Source: Fonticula alba ATCC 38817
Taxonomy: Eukaryota > Protista > Nucleariida
Length of the DNA: 47,542 nt
Strand: one strand, 5' to 3'
Assembly: GCA_000388065.2 (NCBI GenBank)
Contig: KB932214.1
Under the pieces are notes generated by a model that made no database searches, was not told the origin of the DNA, and worked only from the letters and a program-made list of their open reading frames with translations. Shown in pieces: positions 1-13,725 of this stretch; the first letter of the stretch is position 1; the number at the start of each line of letters is the position of its first letter. The position numbers and the translations under genes were made by a program.

Positions 1-65
1 GGGGGGGGGGGGGCGAGGGAACAAGGACATGTATCTCTTCGTGACCGTGACGCGGTCACGCAGAG

Positions 66-170
66 GTGTGCCTGTGTGTGTGTGTGCGCGCGCGCGCGGA
101 GGAAGTGTGGCGAGGAAGAGGGCGGAGATTTCTCTGCCTGTGCCCCGGGCGACAGGGGCAGAGAGAAAAG

Positions 171-204
<34 letters not shown>

Positions 205-205
205 T
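66..205. repeat. (TG)n(CG)n and (CA)n microsatellites just downstream of the NIS gene
   Basis: Read directly at ~74-98 and ~168-200. Confidence 0.85.
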
Positions 206-238
206 ACAGAAAGAGAGGCCGCGGTCCGGTTGGCGGCC

Positions 239-2663
239 TCAGTGTGAAGAAAGATGCGGCAGGGAGGGCGCCGCGCCGTTGAGCGCCAGGGATTGCTCGA
301 TGTCGAGCGGGGTGTACAGCTTCCACACCAGGGGGTTGGGAACATGTCGAAGGATGTCATCCGACACATAGTCCTCTTGGCGCATGCGCAGGAGGCACTT
401 GAAGGGGATGGTAGGGGCGAACCAGGCCTGGGCGAGGCAGGAGCTGGCCGGCTGCTGCGAGGCGGTGGATTGCCCGCCAGGCAGGGAGATCTGGGGGAAG
501 TGGTGGATGATGCGGTCGCGGACGATCTGCCAAGCGTCGTCCGCCCGGTGAAGGTCCAGCGCACGAAGGAGCCGGTGGATGTGATGCTGGATGCCGGTGT
601 GGAAGAACTTGATGTAGGCCTGTGGAAGGAAGGGGCAAGGAGGGAAGCGCGGGAGGAGGGGGTAAGTACCTCGGCAGGGAGGGAGGACGCCATGGGCCAG
701 CGCGCTGCCGCCAGGGCCGAAAGAAGGGGCCGAGAGGGGGCCAAGAGAAAAAAAAAGCAGCGAAGGCGAAAGGAGGAGGCAGAAGGAAGACGCACCTCTT
801 CCAGGGTGAAGGCCTCGGTCATGGAGCCGGGCTTCAGGCGGATGTCAATGCCGGTGGTGGCACGGACCGTGTCCAGGTGGACCTTGACGCCGCCGAAGTC
901 GCGGACCACGAAGCCGGCCGGCCACCAGGCAGGCTGCCCATCGGCATCGGTGGTGTCGCCGGTGCGCTGCACCCGGAGCATGGTATTTTGCCCGTGGGCC
1001 TCGAAGCCGAAGCCATGGTCACGCAGCGGCGGCAGGAAGGAGTCCAGGAAGAGGTGGACATACTGGCGGAAGAAGTCCAGGCGCCGGGCCGCCGGGGCAT
1101 CGGTGAGGTGGAAGGCCCGCAGGACATTCGGCACGCCATCCGGCCCGCGCTCCACCAGGGAGGCACAGACGATGGTGTTGCTGCCGGCCGGGCAGAGGGA
1201 CAGCGGGTCGGGCCGGGCCAGGCAGGCCATGTGCCGGGCCACCGTGGGGTCCGGGTGGGCCGAGCCGATGCTGATGCTCTCCGGCACGACGATGAGGCTG
1301 GCGGGGGCGATGCGCAGGGCCACCTCGGCAAAGACAATGCCATTGAAGACACTGAAGGGGGACACCGTGCGCAGGGCACTGGTTGTCTGGACGCCCAGGG
1401 CGAACTTCAGGTGGAAGGCCGGAGCCCCCGGGCCCGAGAGGGCCACACTGCGGAGGGAGGTTTGCGCCATGGCCCGGTGTTCCGGGGCCGGGGGCCGGTC
1501 CAGGAGAATGGCATCGGCAAAGCGGGCCGCGATGTTGGGCCACTGGCCGGGATGGATGGGGACCACCTTCTTGGTGGCGGGGTCCGAAGCCGGGGGGAGC
1601 CACTCGGCGAAGACTTGGGAAAAGTTGCCATACTCGACGACCGCCTCGTGGGGGACTTCGATGAAGGCGATGTCCACCAGTCCGCCGAGCTCGGCGGCCC
1701 ATTGGATGGCCTGCTGGTCATCGAGGCCGAAGCGGGTCCGATGCATCTGGGCAGGAGGGGAGGAGGGCGGGGATGTTAGCCGGGTGGCTGGCCGTATGCA
1801 AGTGGGCGAAGGGGATGGACATGGGGCGGGGAGGCGGGGCAGCTGGCCGGGGCGGTTGCATGGCGTACTGGGTGCGTGGCGTGGCCCTCGATGATGGCCT
1901 TCTCCCAGGCAATGGGCGGGTCGCCGGGGGTCGGGGCGGCGAGGGCATGGACGTCGCGCCAGGCCAGGGCCATGGCCTGGTTGCGGACCGAGGACTCCAG
2001 CTCATTGAGGATGAGCTGGTGAATGTCGTCCGGGAAGATGGTGGCATCGTCGTCGGCGCGAATGTGCGGCGCCGCCAGGCGGTAGATGTCCACCGGGGAG
2101 GTGATGAGCTGGCCGCGGTGGAAGGCACCGCCGATGGGCAGGAGGTCGTCCGGGTCGACGGAGCGCACGGGGAAGCCGGCCGGGAAGGTGCTATCCAGGA
2201 TGTCGGCGGCCACCGCCACCAGGAGCGCGTCGGTCGAGGCATCGACCGCGGCGGCGCAGATCCCGGCCAGGTAGGCGGTCGGGCCATGGGCGGTGGGGGT
2301 GTAGCCGGGGGGTGGCGATGTGCCGGGGGAGTCGGAATACTCGATCGGGGGGGTGGTGGCACAGCGGGCGGGCTCGGCATCGTGCGGCGCGCCGAAGGTG
2401 GGCTCCAGCACCTGCCGCGGGGCCAGGGGCAGAGCCAGCCAGCGGAGGGTGCCCGGCAGGGCGGGCCCGGCGTCCGGGGTGCCGGGGAAGAGGGTTACCG
2501 GGTTGGCGGGCACACGGGGGTCGCTTTGCGCCAGGGCGAAGCAGCTGAGGAGGCCTTCACTGATGAGGGCACTGAGCAGACGCCGGCCGGTGGCCCATTT
2601 GGCATTGGCCAGATGGGTGGCGGAAATGCAGTCCGCGCTGAAGGGGGCGGACTCGGAGGACAT
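239..2663 (-). CDS. IucA/IucC-family NRPS-independent siderophore (NIS) synthetase, ~708 aa, 3 exons
   Basis: Exons 2663-1869, 1746-796, 619-239 join in frame across GT-AG introns. Spliced product has NIS motifs in order: EKAIIEGHATHP/MHRTR, PIHPGQW, AQTSLRSV, HLKFALGVQTTSALRTVSP, GFGFEAHGQNTML, RDFGGVKVH, PFKCLLRMR. Confidence 0.9.
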
Positions 2664-2984
2664 GGTATTTCCTGGTGGAGAGGGGCGGTGGGGGGAGGTT
2701 AGATGGAGGCGAGGGTGCGCGCATACATGCATATGCATGTGTGCAGGAGGGGGCAAGGGCGGAGCAGCAGGATGCGGGGAGGGGCGGAGAGGGGAGGGGG
2801 GGGGGGACATACGTGGACCGGTTGGCGAAAGAGGCAGAGGGGGGGGGGCTGAATCCTGAGGCGAGGAGGGGACACCAGCCAGGAAGTGTTGGGAGAGAAA
2901 GAGAGAGAGCAAGGGGAGGAGTGGGCGGCTGTGTGGTGGCTGGTCGACCGGTGTCTGGGGGTGCCCGGTGCGCCTCGGGATATA

Positions 2985-3015
<31 letters not shown>

Positions 3016-5683
3016 GCCCTCGGGCCCGCCTCCGCTCGCCCAAGCCCTCCATCGCCGCGGGTGCGGGGCGAGAGGGGGGTCGGTGTGATGCGCCACCGAT
3101 CTTGGCGGGCCCCATCTTTCCCCTTGTCCTCGTCCTCGCATGGCGAGGGGGCCTCGCGCGAGGCGCGGCAGGGAAAAAGGCCCACCGGGTCACATCCGTC
3201 AATCTGACGCCGGGGCCCGGCCGCGGCGGGGCTGGCGGCTGGATGGCGTGCGCGTAAGCACCCCTCATCAGCATGCTCTGGGACTGACGCGACGTGAAAC
3301 AGCCGGCCCCGCAGGCCTGCCGGGCCCGGCCCCGCGGTGCAGGCTTGGGTAGGCTTTTTTGTGCATCACTGGCGGATGGGAACAACCCGGGCGGCGTCGG
3401 CAGCAGCAGCGGCAGCAGCAACGGCAACGGGAACGGGAACGGGAACGGGGGGGCGGGGGGGGGGGCGCAAAGGACGCCTGGCATGGTGGGAGCTTCGATT
3501 GTCAATCGGGCAGGGGCGGGCAATACGCGCCGGATCTGGGCCCGGCGCATTGTCATGTCGAAGCAGCCGGAGCCGGGCCGCCGGGGCCCCCCTCCCGGTC
3601 GGGGCGCCGAAAGGGCGTGACCTTCGAAGGGGGGGGGGAGGAAGGACGGGCCGCGGTGTGGGGCCGGGGAGGGATGCTCGAATCGCCGCCAGATGGGCCG
3701 GCGGAGGTCGAATGAGTCACAGAGCGGAGAGAGATATTCCGGCGCCCCATCGCTCTCGGCCCCGCCCCCCGACGCGACCTTCGCATGCCTGGGCTCCCCG
3801 CTTCGCGGCTCCGCCCGGCCGGGGGCGGGGGGTTGGGCGAGGGAAGAGCGCGCTGTTGTGATAGGAGGGGCCGGGATGCCGCGCGAGCAGCCCCCCATAA
3901 GTGGGCAGCTCGAGGGCACCTCGCGCACGGCTGGCGCCATGGTGTGTCGGCACGCGGGCGACGGCGTGTGAGTCGGATGCCGGCGCGTCGCACGACAGAC
4001 TGGCGACACGACGGACCTCCGGGGGGGGGGGGGGCGGGCCGGCTGGCCCCGACGCCCCCCTTCGTCCCGCGCCGCCGGAAAGACACCCTCACGCACCGAG
4101 GGCATATCTCGCGCCGGGGACCTCTCCACGGGCCGGGCCCCAGGGACTCCCCCCGCCCCCCCCCCCCCCAAGGGGGCAGGCAGGCGACTGACATCGTTCG
4201 AGGCGTCTGCGGTTTTTCGTCTCTGCGCCGGCCAGGGCGCGGTCCACAGAGGCTTTGGGCTCCTGGGCCCATGGTCAGTCGGCGTCGCACCTGCTCTCCT
4301 TCCGCCCGGGAGCGACCCGGACCAGCCCGGCCCCCTGGCGGCGGTGGCCCCCCCCCGCCCCCCCCCCCCGCAGCGCCCGCTACGACGGGCAAGCTCAGAT
4401 CACTGTTCCCCCCCCCCCCCGCCCCCCGCGGCACGGGCATCTGATCCGGAGCCGGCGTACGGGGGCGGGGGGATCGACCGCCGAGGGGCAGCACCTGCCA
4501 ACCCCCAGGGCCGATGTGTCGGCGTCCAGGCGGGCGCGGTCGCGCGGTCTCACGGCGCCCCAGCAGGGTCGGTGCTGATGGATCAGATTTCTGCGTGCTG
4601 GCGTCGCGCTGAGGTGGAGTGAGAATGGCGTGCCATGCGTCTTCCCGACGAGTACGGGCGCGCGCGGCATTCGGGAGCACACGGCCCGGGGGAACGCGGC
4701 CCAGCCGGCGGCCGGGGGGAGGGGGCGGGGGAAAACGCGCCCCAGACTCGGTCTGCGCTTCTCGCCCGGCGCCCTGGGCCTGTTTTCTCCCCCCGCACAA
4801 CGGCATGGCCCCGGAGCTCCCCCCCCCCTCCCCCGCGCCTGGCCCCAGGCCGATGGGCCGAAGACAGCCGGAGCCGGGCGAGAAAGCACGCGCAGTGCAC
4901 CTCAATACGGGGCTTCCGGGTCGAGGCTGCCGTGCAGGTGACGATGATGATGATGATGATGGGGTGATGAGCAATTGGCCCGCCGCGGTGGCCATTTTTC
5001 CGGCGGCCTCGGATGTCCCCCGCCGCCCGAGGGTCCCGGCGGCCGTGTTCCCCCGTTCCTGGGGGGCCGGGGAACGAGTGGGTGGGGGCTGCGTTGGTCG
5101 GGCGAAGATCTCGGTGGCGGGGGCGCTTGAGGCGTGCTTGGCCATTTGTTCCGGGGGTGGGAATGGGCGCTTCGGCCGAGTTCGGGCCAGAACAGCATAT
5201 GTTGGCCGTGACTTTATTTTGATTATTTTCCACCCCGTTTGCGGGGTCTCTGCCGGGGCGCCGATCTCATGGCGCACATGCCCGCGGTCAGCCCGCGCAG
5301 TTTGTGTTTGAGGGGGGGGGGGGGGGGGGGGCGGGACTCACACCGCCGCTGCTGCCGTTGCTATTGTCTCGTTTTCGCATGAGCACGCACGCGCGTGTAT
5401 GTGTGTGCCTGAGCAGAGTCCCCTCCTCGGGGGTTGAGGCTGGTGCAGATCTAGCCTACTCCCTGCCTCTCTGCCTGGCCGCCCCGCTCTCGCCCGGTTT
5501 ATGAGGGCCCCCCACACCCATGTCGACCAACTGCGCGTCTTCATACTCGATTGGGCCTCCTCTGCCTCCTCCCGCCACCCATCTCCCCCGTCTTGCTCCT
5601 GTTTTTCCTCCTGTTTTTCCTCCTGTTTTTCCTCCCGTCTTGCTCCTGTCTTCCTCGCCTCCCCCCTCTCATACTGTCTGTCG

Positions 5684-8603
5684 ATGGACGCGGAGAGCAA
5701 ACCCCTGCTTGGCGTGTCGCATGATGGCCCGACCGACCTCGGGACGGCGACCGGCCTGCCGGCCTATGCGGCCATGGGGTCCGGCCAGATCCAGCACTTG
5801 ACACCGGCGAATGCCGGCGGTCTTGGCGCCTCCGAGGGCCCGTATCCCGGGTCACCCGGGGCCGGGTCTTCGCGCGGGAACTCCTCCAACACGGATCTCG
5901 GCCACACGTATCCCTACTCGGATGGAGATAGCGATGGTGATGGTGATGATGATGATGGTGGTCACCTTTCCGGGGCCAAGGCGACGCCTTGCGCCACGAT
6001 GTCCGAGCGCGACGCCGCCGGCAAGACCCTCGGCAACACCCTGGTGGACAAGCCCCTGAAGTACCGCCTCCTGGCCCTGGTGTGTAGTTGTTTGCTGAGC
6101 GTCGGCAGCCACTATGCCTCGCACATGCTCAGCGCCCTGAAGCCGACGCTCAAGGAGGTGCGTGTGTCGTCTCCCTCGGCCCGTCGCGGCCGTTCGCCCG
6201 TGCTTTGGCCACAGCCGGACATCGGGCCACCTGGTCCAGCGATCCTCCTTCTTCGTCTCCGCCCCCTGCCCCCTGCCCCCCCCCCCCCTGTGCCTGCCGC
6301 TGGGGCTTTCCCCCTTTCTCAGGAGCTGACCACTTCCATGCCCTCGCCAATCGGCCGGCTGGCCGACATGTCTCGCCCGCGCGCAGGAGCTCGACATCAC
6401 CAACGCCCAGTTTGGCCTGCTGCAGTCGGCCGTATCGCTGGTGAACACGGTGATCCCCCTGTTTGGGGGCATTTTCATCGACCTGTTCGGCACGACGTGG
6501 GGCAGTTTGGCCGCCTCGACATTGATCCTGGTGGGCGAGGCCATCGTGGCCCTGTCTACCATGGCCGTCAGCTTCGAGGTGATGGTCATCGGCCGGGTGA
6601 TCTACGGCATCGGCGCCGGGTACATTGTCACCGTGCAGGAGGCCATCCTGGCGCACTGGTTCGAGGGCCGGGGCTTGGCCCTGACCATCGGTCTGCAAAT
6701 TGCCATGTCTCGCTTGGTGCGACAACGATGTCGGCAATTTGCCGCTCCTCCCCTCGGCCCTTCGGCCGGCCTTGGGCGCGAGTCCCTTCTCCCGCTCCCG
6801 CTCCCGCTTCTGCCTCTCGGTTGCGGTGCACTGCGCCATGGCTGACAGGTTTTTTTTTCTTCTTTCGCTCCCCCGGGTCGTGTGGCTTCGGCGGCCGTGT
6901 GTCCTCCCTTCGCACTTTCGCCAGTCGAGCTTCCTGGCCACCGGGACCGTGGTGCCGATTTCCGAGTCGACCGGCTTTTATGGCAATGCCTTCTGGGTGT
7001 CGACCGGCATTTGTCTTTTCTCGTGGCTGGTCAACATTGCCTACATTGTCCTGATGAAGTATGTCCATCGTCTGGACACTGACAAGGAAAAGGTGCGTGC
7101 CGCTGCTGCTGCTCCTCCGACGACCCCCCCCCGGCCGGCCCCTATGAGGGGCGGTCGGAGAGCGGCAGGCCGTCATCCGGGCCTGCACGCCTGCCTGCCC
7201 TTTTTCCGCCCACTCACACACACTCGGCTGTTGGCCTGTCCTCCTCGTCCAGGAGCTCCAGGAGCGTCTGCGCAAGAAGAACACCTTCCAGGCGCGGGAT
7301 ATGTTGGCCTTCCCGCCGATTTTCTGGTTTGTCATCTTCCTGGCCATCGCCCTCGGTGCCTCGTGGAATCCGTTCATGCATATTTCCGCGTGCGTGTGCC
7401 CTTCTTCGCTCCTTCCCCCCCCCCCCCTTTCGATCTCGCTCCCAGCGCCTCTCCTCCTCTCTTTCCGCCGCGCCTCCCCCTGCCCGGTGGGGGGAGTGGT
7501 TTTCTCTTCTGGCGCTGACAATCCCACCCATTTTCGCCATGCCCCCCCCTTTTGGGTTTTTTTTTTGGCTGCCGGACACGCAGTGAGCTCGTCCAGCAGC
7601 GCTGGGGCAAGTCCGACTCGATTGCCGCCTGGGAGTCCAGCATCCAGCTGGCCATTCCCGTTGTCCTCAGCCCGGTCCTTGGCTACATGGTGGATCACTT
7701 TGGCCGGCGATCCTTGATCGGTGCGCGCGCACGCACGTCTCTCTTGTGCTTCCATGTGTCTCTTCGGCGGGGGCCGATGGGGGGCATTTCCCGTGCTCTC
7801 CCTCCCTCGCCCCCCTCCCCCTCCCTTGCGCGCGATTCCTTCCATGGCCGGGCGGTGGGGCTCGGCCATTGGCCCTCTTTGCCGGTCCTAACCCTCCCCG
7901 GTGGGGTTTCTCCCGTCTGCTCTGTCGGCCTCTGGCCGTGCCGCTGTGGGCCGTCCCTGGTATAGCCATCATCTCGGCGGTTGTCCTTCTGATCGGCTAC
8001 TCGCTGGTGGGCTTCACCTGTATCTCGCCGCTGGTGGGCCTGGTGCTCTTTTCCTTCTCGCTGTCCCTCGGCCCGGTGGCCATGATCACGGCCATCCCGT
8101 TGGTGTTGGATCTGCGCCTGATCGGCACGGCCCTCGGGCTGTACAAGTGCGCCATCAACATCGGGTCGACCCTGCTGGATCCGATCGTCGGCGTGATCCA
8201 GGACACCCATGGGGGGACTTACCACCTGGTGATGGTGGTCTTCTGTTGCATCGCCGTGGTGGCCACCATCATCTCGGTGTTGCTGCTGCTGACCAGCCAC
8301 CTGAAGTATGGGGGGCTGATCGACCTGCCTCGGGCGGTGCTCGAAAGCACCGGCGCCCTGTCCATGAAGAGCTTCCCCTCGATGCCGCTTCTTTCGAAGG
8401 TGTGCATCGGGGTCGTGTGTGTCTTCCTGGCCGGCAGCTGGATGGTGTACTTCTTCGTCACCCTCAACGAGCTGTTGGCCGATGGCAGCGGCAGCATCAG
8501 CGCCAGTGCCTCGTCCTTGTCCTCGCCACTGGCCGACTTGCTGGCGTTCAGCGTCGGCACGCCGGATTCCTATTATTGCGTGGCCTCTCCGGTGGCCCCC
8601 TGA
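5684..8603 (+). CDS. MFSD1: Major facilitator superfamily transporter, MFSD1-like, ~627 aa, 6 exons
   Basis: Exons 5684-6157, 6387-6716, 6925-7092, 7253-7389, 7584-7720, 7966-8603 are frame-consistent. Many hydrophobic helices; MFS loop motifs IFIDLFG and YMVDHFGRR; GRVIYGIG; LSLGPV..TAIPLV; N-terminal ESKPLL dileucine motif. Confidence 0.8.
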
Positions 8604-9462
8604 TATGGGCATTCCCCTCTTTCTTTTTCTCTCTCTCTCTCTCTCTCTCCCCCCTTGTCCTTGTGTAATCAACCTTTCCCTTTCCGGTGTGCGTGTGTGC
8701 GTCCGGCGTGTGGTTGTCCGCTTTGGCTGCCACTTCCCGTGCCGAGGACCCCCCGCCGGTCGAATGCGCAAATACATAGATGCCTTTTCCATGTTGTGTG
8801 CGTGTGCGTGTGTGTGTGTCTGTGCGTGTGCTACCTTGCTGGGGGATCATCCAGCGCCAGGACGCCCCGTGTATTTGTTCCAAGTCCCCGACGACACCGC
8901 GAGCCCGAAGCAAGTGGGACTGCGAGTGCGGGCCCGGTGGCGGATGTGCTGCGCCACGAGGGGGGCCTCTTCGTTTCTTGGGCCACATCGCCGCGGGGCA
9001 GGGGGGGGGGGGGCACAACGGAATGCCCCTCGGGTCTATTGGGTGCAAAGTAACTGGATCGTTAACCGAGCAGGTCACGCACTATGGTCACGCCACCACT
9101 CACTGTTTGCCGAGCCTCATCCAGCCTGTATTTGAAGAGCCCCCCGCCGGACTTCGGTGCGAGGGAGGATGAACCGCGGGGGGGGGGGGGGGACGCCTGT
9201 GGGTCCCCTGGCTCGGCCCATTCGCGCGGTCGCCCCCTCTCCGGTGAGGGGGCGAGTCATCCGAACTATGCCTCCCGGGACATGTGTGCGTGTGTGCGTG
9301 TCTGGGCGGCCCTCTCCGAGCGCCGCCGCCTAGCCACAGGGGAGCCGGCGGGGGAGCCGGCGGGGGAGCCCCGGGCCCGGGAGCGGAGAGGCGGTTGACT
9401 GGCTGGGTTTGTTTAGGGTGCGGGGGAGGGGGGGGGGGGGGGGGGGGGCGAGCGCAAGCGGG

Positions 9463-9595
9463 NNNNNNNNNNNNNNNNNNNNNNNNNNNNNNNNNNNNNN
9501 NNNNNNNNNNNNNNNNNNNNNNNNNNNNNNNNNNNNNNNNNNNNNNNNNNNNNNNNNNNNNNNNNNNNNNNNNNNNNNNNNNNNNNNNNNNNNNN
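9463..9595. other. Assembly gap (N run)
   Basis: 133 N, with a long G run just upstream. Confidence 0.99.
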
Positions 9596-11108
9596 AGGAC
9601 GGGCAGGGGGACAAGGGCAAACCGACCGTTGAACAGCGCGGTCGGCGTTTGGGCCGATGATCGTCCGCGAGGGCCGGGCGCGCGCGCTCTCCCGGGCGCC
9701 CGGCCAGGCGGGGCATGAGGGGGCCGGCGAGCGTCAGATGGCCGCCGGCGGGTGATCCGCTCCCTGGGCCGTCTCTTTCTCTCTCACGGTCCTGTATGGC
9801 TTTTTTTATTTGTGGGGCCGCGGAGACCTCCGCACCGCGTGTGAATGGTGTGCGCGTGTGGGTGTGTCGTGGAGGTGGGGCGAAAGAGGGGCCGGGGAGC
9901 CCGGCCAGTGAGCCCCCCGTCCGGATGGCCCCGCTTGTCCCCTGGACAGGGCGGGGCGGTTTCAGGGGCCGGGTGGGCGTGGCTCCCGGCCGGGTGGGGT
10001 CTCCCGGGCAGTTCGCCGGGGCCGTGCGACGCGGTCAGGGGCATCCCTCCGGCTAGCCCCCTTTCCGGCCCCCCCCCCCCCCCCTGGCCCCCATGGTCGT
10101 AGGCCAGGTGCTTGGCCCGGGCAGGGGCCGGCGGCGCTGGTGTCCGCCCGGGCCGAGCGGTGTCTTCCGGTCGATGGGCTTCCCCCCCCCCCCGAGAGGG
10201 TGGCTCCCCTCCCCGGGCCCGCCGAATGGCAGATGTGCCGGGCGCTGTGGTTCGGGGCTCGTGAACGAGCAAGCTCCCGATGCCCGGCGGGGTCGGAGGG
10301 GCAGTGTCTGCGCCTGGGTGTGGTTTTTTCCCCCCATTTGAAAAGAAGACCAACCTGGCGAACCGCCCACCGGGGCGTCCTGCCGGCTGGCGGCGGCGTG
10401 TGTGGCGGATCTCGCCCGGGCCCGGCGGCGATCGGTCTGCCGGGGCTCCCCCCCTGGCGGCCACCTGGCCGGGAGACACCAGCGTGAGGGGGGCCCGACC
10501 TGTGGCGACGCCGGTGCCCGGGCGCGTCGTGTGGCCTTTGCAAGGGACCCGATCGTGCTTGGAGCTCCGGGCTTCCCACCGCCAGCCAGCGCGGGGGATG
10601 GAGCCGGGCAGCCCTCCTGCGCCTCCCCCCCCCCCTCTCTCTTGCTCTGCCGGGTGCCCCTGGGCGCGGCCTCCGCCCGGCGACGTGGCACAGGATGCCC
10701 CCTCCCCCCCAGGCGGGCGAAACCGCCCCCGGTGCAGGGGCCCCGGTCTTGGGCGCCGTGCCTCTTCGGCCGTGTGTCATGGATCCCCCCCCCGTGCCGG
10801 GAGGACATCCGGCGAATGCCCCAAGCAGGCGGACACCCAGGGAGGGGGGGGGGGGCGGGTGGGGGCGAGGAGGATCAGGGGCTCGCCTGGGTGTGCCCGA
10901 GCGGCGATCCGGATATTAGGCGAGCCGGGCCCCTGGGTTGCCAGCTCCGCGGACGAGTCACTCACTTCCCCCTACCACTCGATCCGGCGCCAGCTTGTGT
11001 GCCTTCTCTTTTGTTCCCTGTCCCCTTCCATTCTCCTTTCCCGCATATTGGCCAGGGGCACCTTTCCCTTTCTCCTCCGGGGCACACCCTCTTTCCATCG
11101 CCACAGCC

Positions 11109-11186
11109 ATGTCGATGGGCTTTGCCGGCCCGCCGGTGGCCGTGTCAGCCTCCTCGGCTGACAGTACGCGTCTCCCTGCTCCTGGC

Positions 11187-11220
<34 letters not shown>

Positions 11221-13665
11221 TGTCCTGGCTCCCGGGTGGCGGGTCCCCTTGTCCCCTCTCAACCGACTGACCGCCGACCCCGCCCGTTCTCTCCCTGCCC
11301 GTTCTCTCTCTCCCTTTGCCGCAGTCGGTGTCGAGGACATGATCCACCTGCCTGTCTTGTCGGAGGCGTCCATCTTGGAGAATCTGCGCGAGCGCTTCGT
11401 CCGGGGCTTTATCTATGTGCGTGCTTCCTTCTGCCTTTCTCTCTCTCTCTCTCTACGCCCTTCGAGCCCCGGCTGCCGTTGTGGAGCGTGTCGCCTCTCT
11501 GACCTTGGGACACCCCTGGCGGCGTGGATTTTTTGTCCGGACAGACCTACACCGGGTCCATCCTGGTGGCCGCCAACCCGTACAAGTGGCTGCCCATCTA
11601 CGAGGAGGTATGTGTTTGCATGGGTGCGGCCTGCTGTCGGTGTGGGGCACGTCTGACCCTCCGCGTGACCCTGTGCATTTGCATCCCCCCCCCTCCTCCC
11701 CCCCCCCCCCCCGGTCTCCGCTCCACGCGCACGCGTGTACACCCCTTGCTCTGCCATCTGTGTAGCCGGTCATCCGCGAGTACCAGGCCGGCGAGCAGTC
11801 GAAGCTGCCGCCGCACATCTTTGCCATCGCGCAGGCCACCTACCGCGGTCTGTGCCAGGGGCTGCTTGACGGCGCCAATGCCAACCAGGCGGTGGTCATC
11901 TCCGGCGAGTCGGGCGCCGGCAAGACCGAGTCGACCAAGCTCATCCTCCGGTGCGACGCGCTCCCACGGCCGTGGGGCTTTCTCTGCTTCTTTCCTTCTC
12001 CCCCCCCCCCCCCCTTCTCGGACCCCACTGACATGCGGGCTTCTCCTGTCGTGTGCCCTCCCAATCGCTCGGCCCCCCCGGTTCCCGCGCTTTCGGCTAG
12101 CTATCTCACGGCGGTGACGTCCAATGACGACTGGGTGGAGCAGCAAATCATGGAGGCCAACACCGTGCTGGAGTCCTTCGGCAATGCCAAGACCGTGCGC
12201 AACAACAACTCCTCGCGCTTCGGCAAGTTCATCCAGGTGCACTTCGACCGGGCGGCGCGAATTGTCGGCGCGTCGGTGGACAATTATCTGCTGGAGAAGT
12301 CGCGCGTGGTGCTGCAGTCGGCGGACGAGCGGTCGTACCACATCTTCTACGAGCTGTGCGCCGGTGCCTCGGATGAGGAGCGCGCGGAGCTGCACATCGG
12401 CCAGGCCGAGGAGTATCGCTACCTGTCGCAGTCCGGGTGCACCACCATCGAGGGGCATGACGATGCGCGTGGGCTGGAGGCCCTGCGCATTGCCCTCATG
12501 GTCTTGGGGATGGAGCCGGACACGATCCGGGCCGTGTTTGCGGTGCTGTCGGCCATCTTGCACTTGGGCAATGTGGAGTTCGGCGAGCCGGAGGGCGGCA
12601 CCTCGGCCGTCGGTGCCGAGGGGTCGGTGATCCTCAACATGCCGGTGGTGGCCCTGGTGGCCGGGCTGCTGGGCGTGGAGGCCGAGTCGCTGGCGGAGTC
12701 GCTGCTCTTCCGGTCGATCATTGTGCGCGGCGAGCAGAGCAAGATCCCCCTGCGCGGGGACCAGCCGCAGGTCAGTCGCGATGCCGTGTCCAAGGCCCTG
12801 TACAGCCGGCTGTTTGACTGGCTGACGGCCTACATCAACCGGTCCATTTCGCCGGGGGCCCGGCAGGCGGCGGCGGCGGCGGCGGCGTCGGCGGCCGGCT
12901 CGATGCCGACCGCCGTCGGCGGCCGCGGCCTGTCGGTGGACACCCAAGCCGCCGGGGGCCCCGGCGAGGCGGGGGCCCCGGCCGCCGACACGCACTTCAT
13001 CGGTGTGTTGGACATCTTCGGGTTCGAGCACTTCACGCGGAATTCCTTCGAGCAATTTTGCATCAACCTGGCCAATGAGAAGCTGCATGGGTTCTTCACG
13101 GATTACATCTTCCGTCTGGAGCAGGCGGAATACTCGCAGGAGGGTGTGGTCTGGTCGCAGATCGACTTCGTGGACAATGCCCAGTGCATTGATCTGTTTG
13201 AAAGCCGGCCGGCCGGCCTGTTGGCCCTGCTGGATGAGGAGTCGCGCTTCCCCCGGGCCACGGATGCCACGCTGCTGGACAAGTGGAATGCGGCCCATGG
13301 CGGCCCGACCGGGACCCTGTCCCGGGCGTCGATGATGGTGGGCAGCGGCCCGGGCGGCCCGAACCTCGGGCACATGCACTATGTCCGGGCGCGGCTGTCG
13401 GCCACGGAGTTCGGCATTGCCCATTATGCCGGCGTGGTGACGTACGACATCGAGGGGTTCTTGGACAAGAACAAGGACGAGGTGTCGGAGATGGTTTTCG
13501 ACGTGCTGGCTGCCAGCCGGGTGCCCCTGGTGCGGGACTTGGCTGCCGGCACCCCGGCCGAGCCGGTGTCCTCGGCCCAGGCTCCTCCGACCCCGAGCAC
13601 GCCGATGGCCGGCCAGGCGCCCACGGCCCGTCGCCGCAATACCATCGCCTCGCACTTCAAGGTAC

Positions 13666-13725
<60 letters not shown>

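Noticed and set aside
3294-3620. Small ORF with GSSSGSSNGNGNG low complexity, and the (GAT)n run near 4940
   Set aside because: Starts at GTG, is explained by microsatellites, and has no splice or homology support.
2664-5683. Iron-responsive GATA or CCAAT elements in the NIS-MFS intergenic region
   Set aside because: I found no GATAA-type site; isolated ATTGG matches are expected by chance.
8604-11108. ORFs around the first N gap, plus 12-nt triplicated units at ~9341-9370 and 5597-5632
   Set aside because: No protein-like signal; short local slippage repeats only. A small gene hidden by the gap cannot be excluded.
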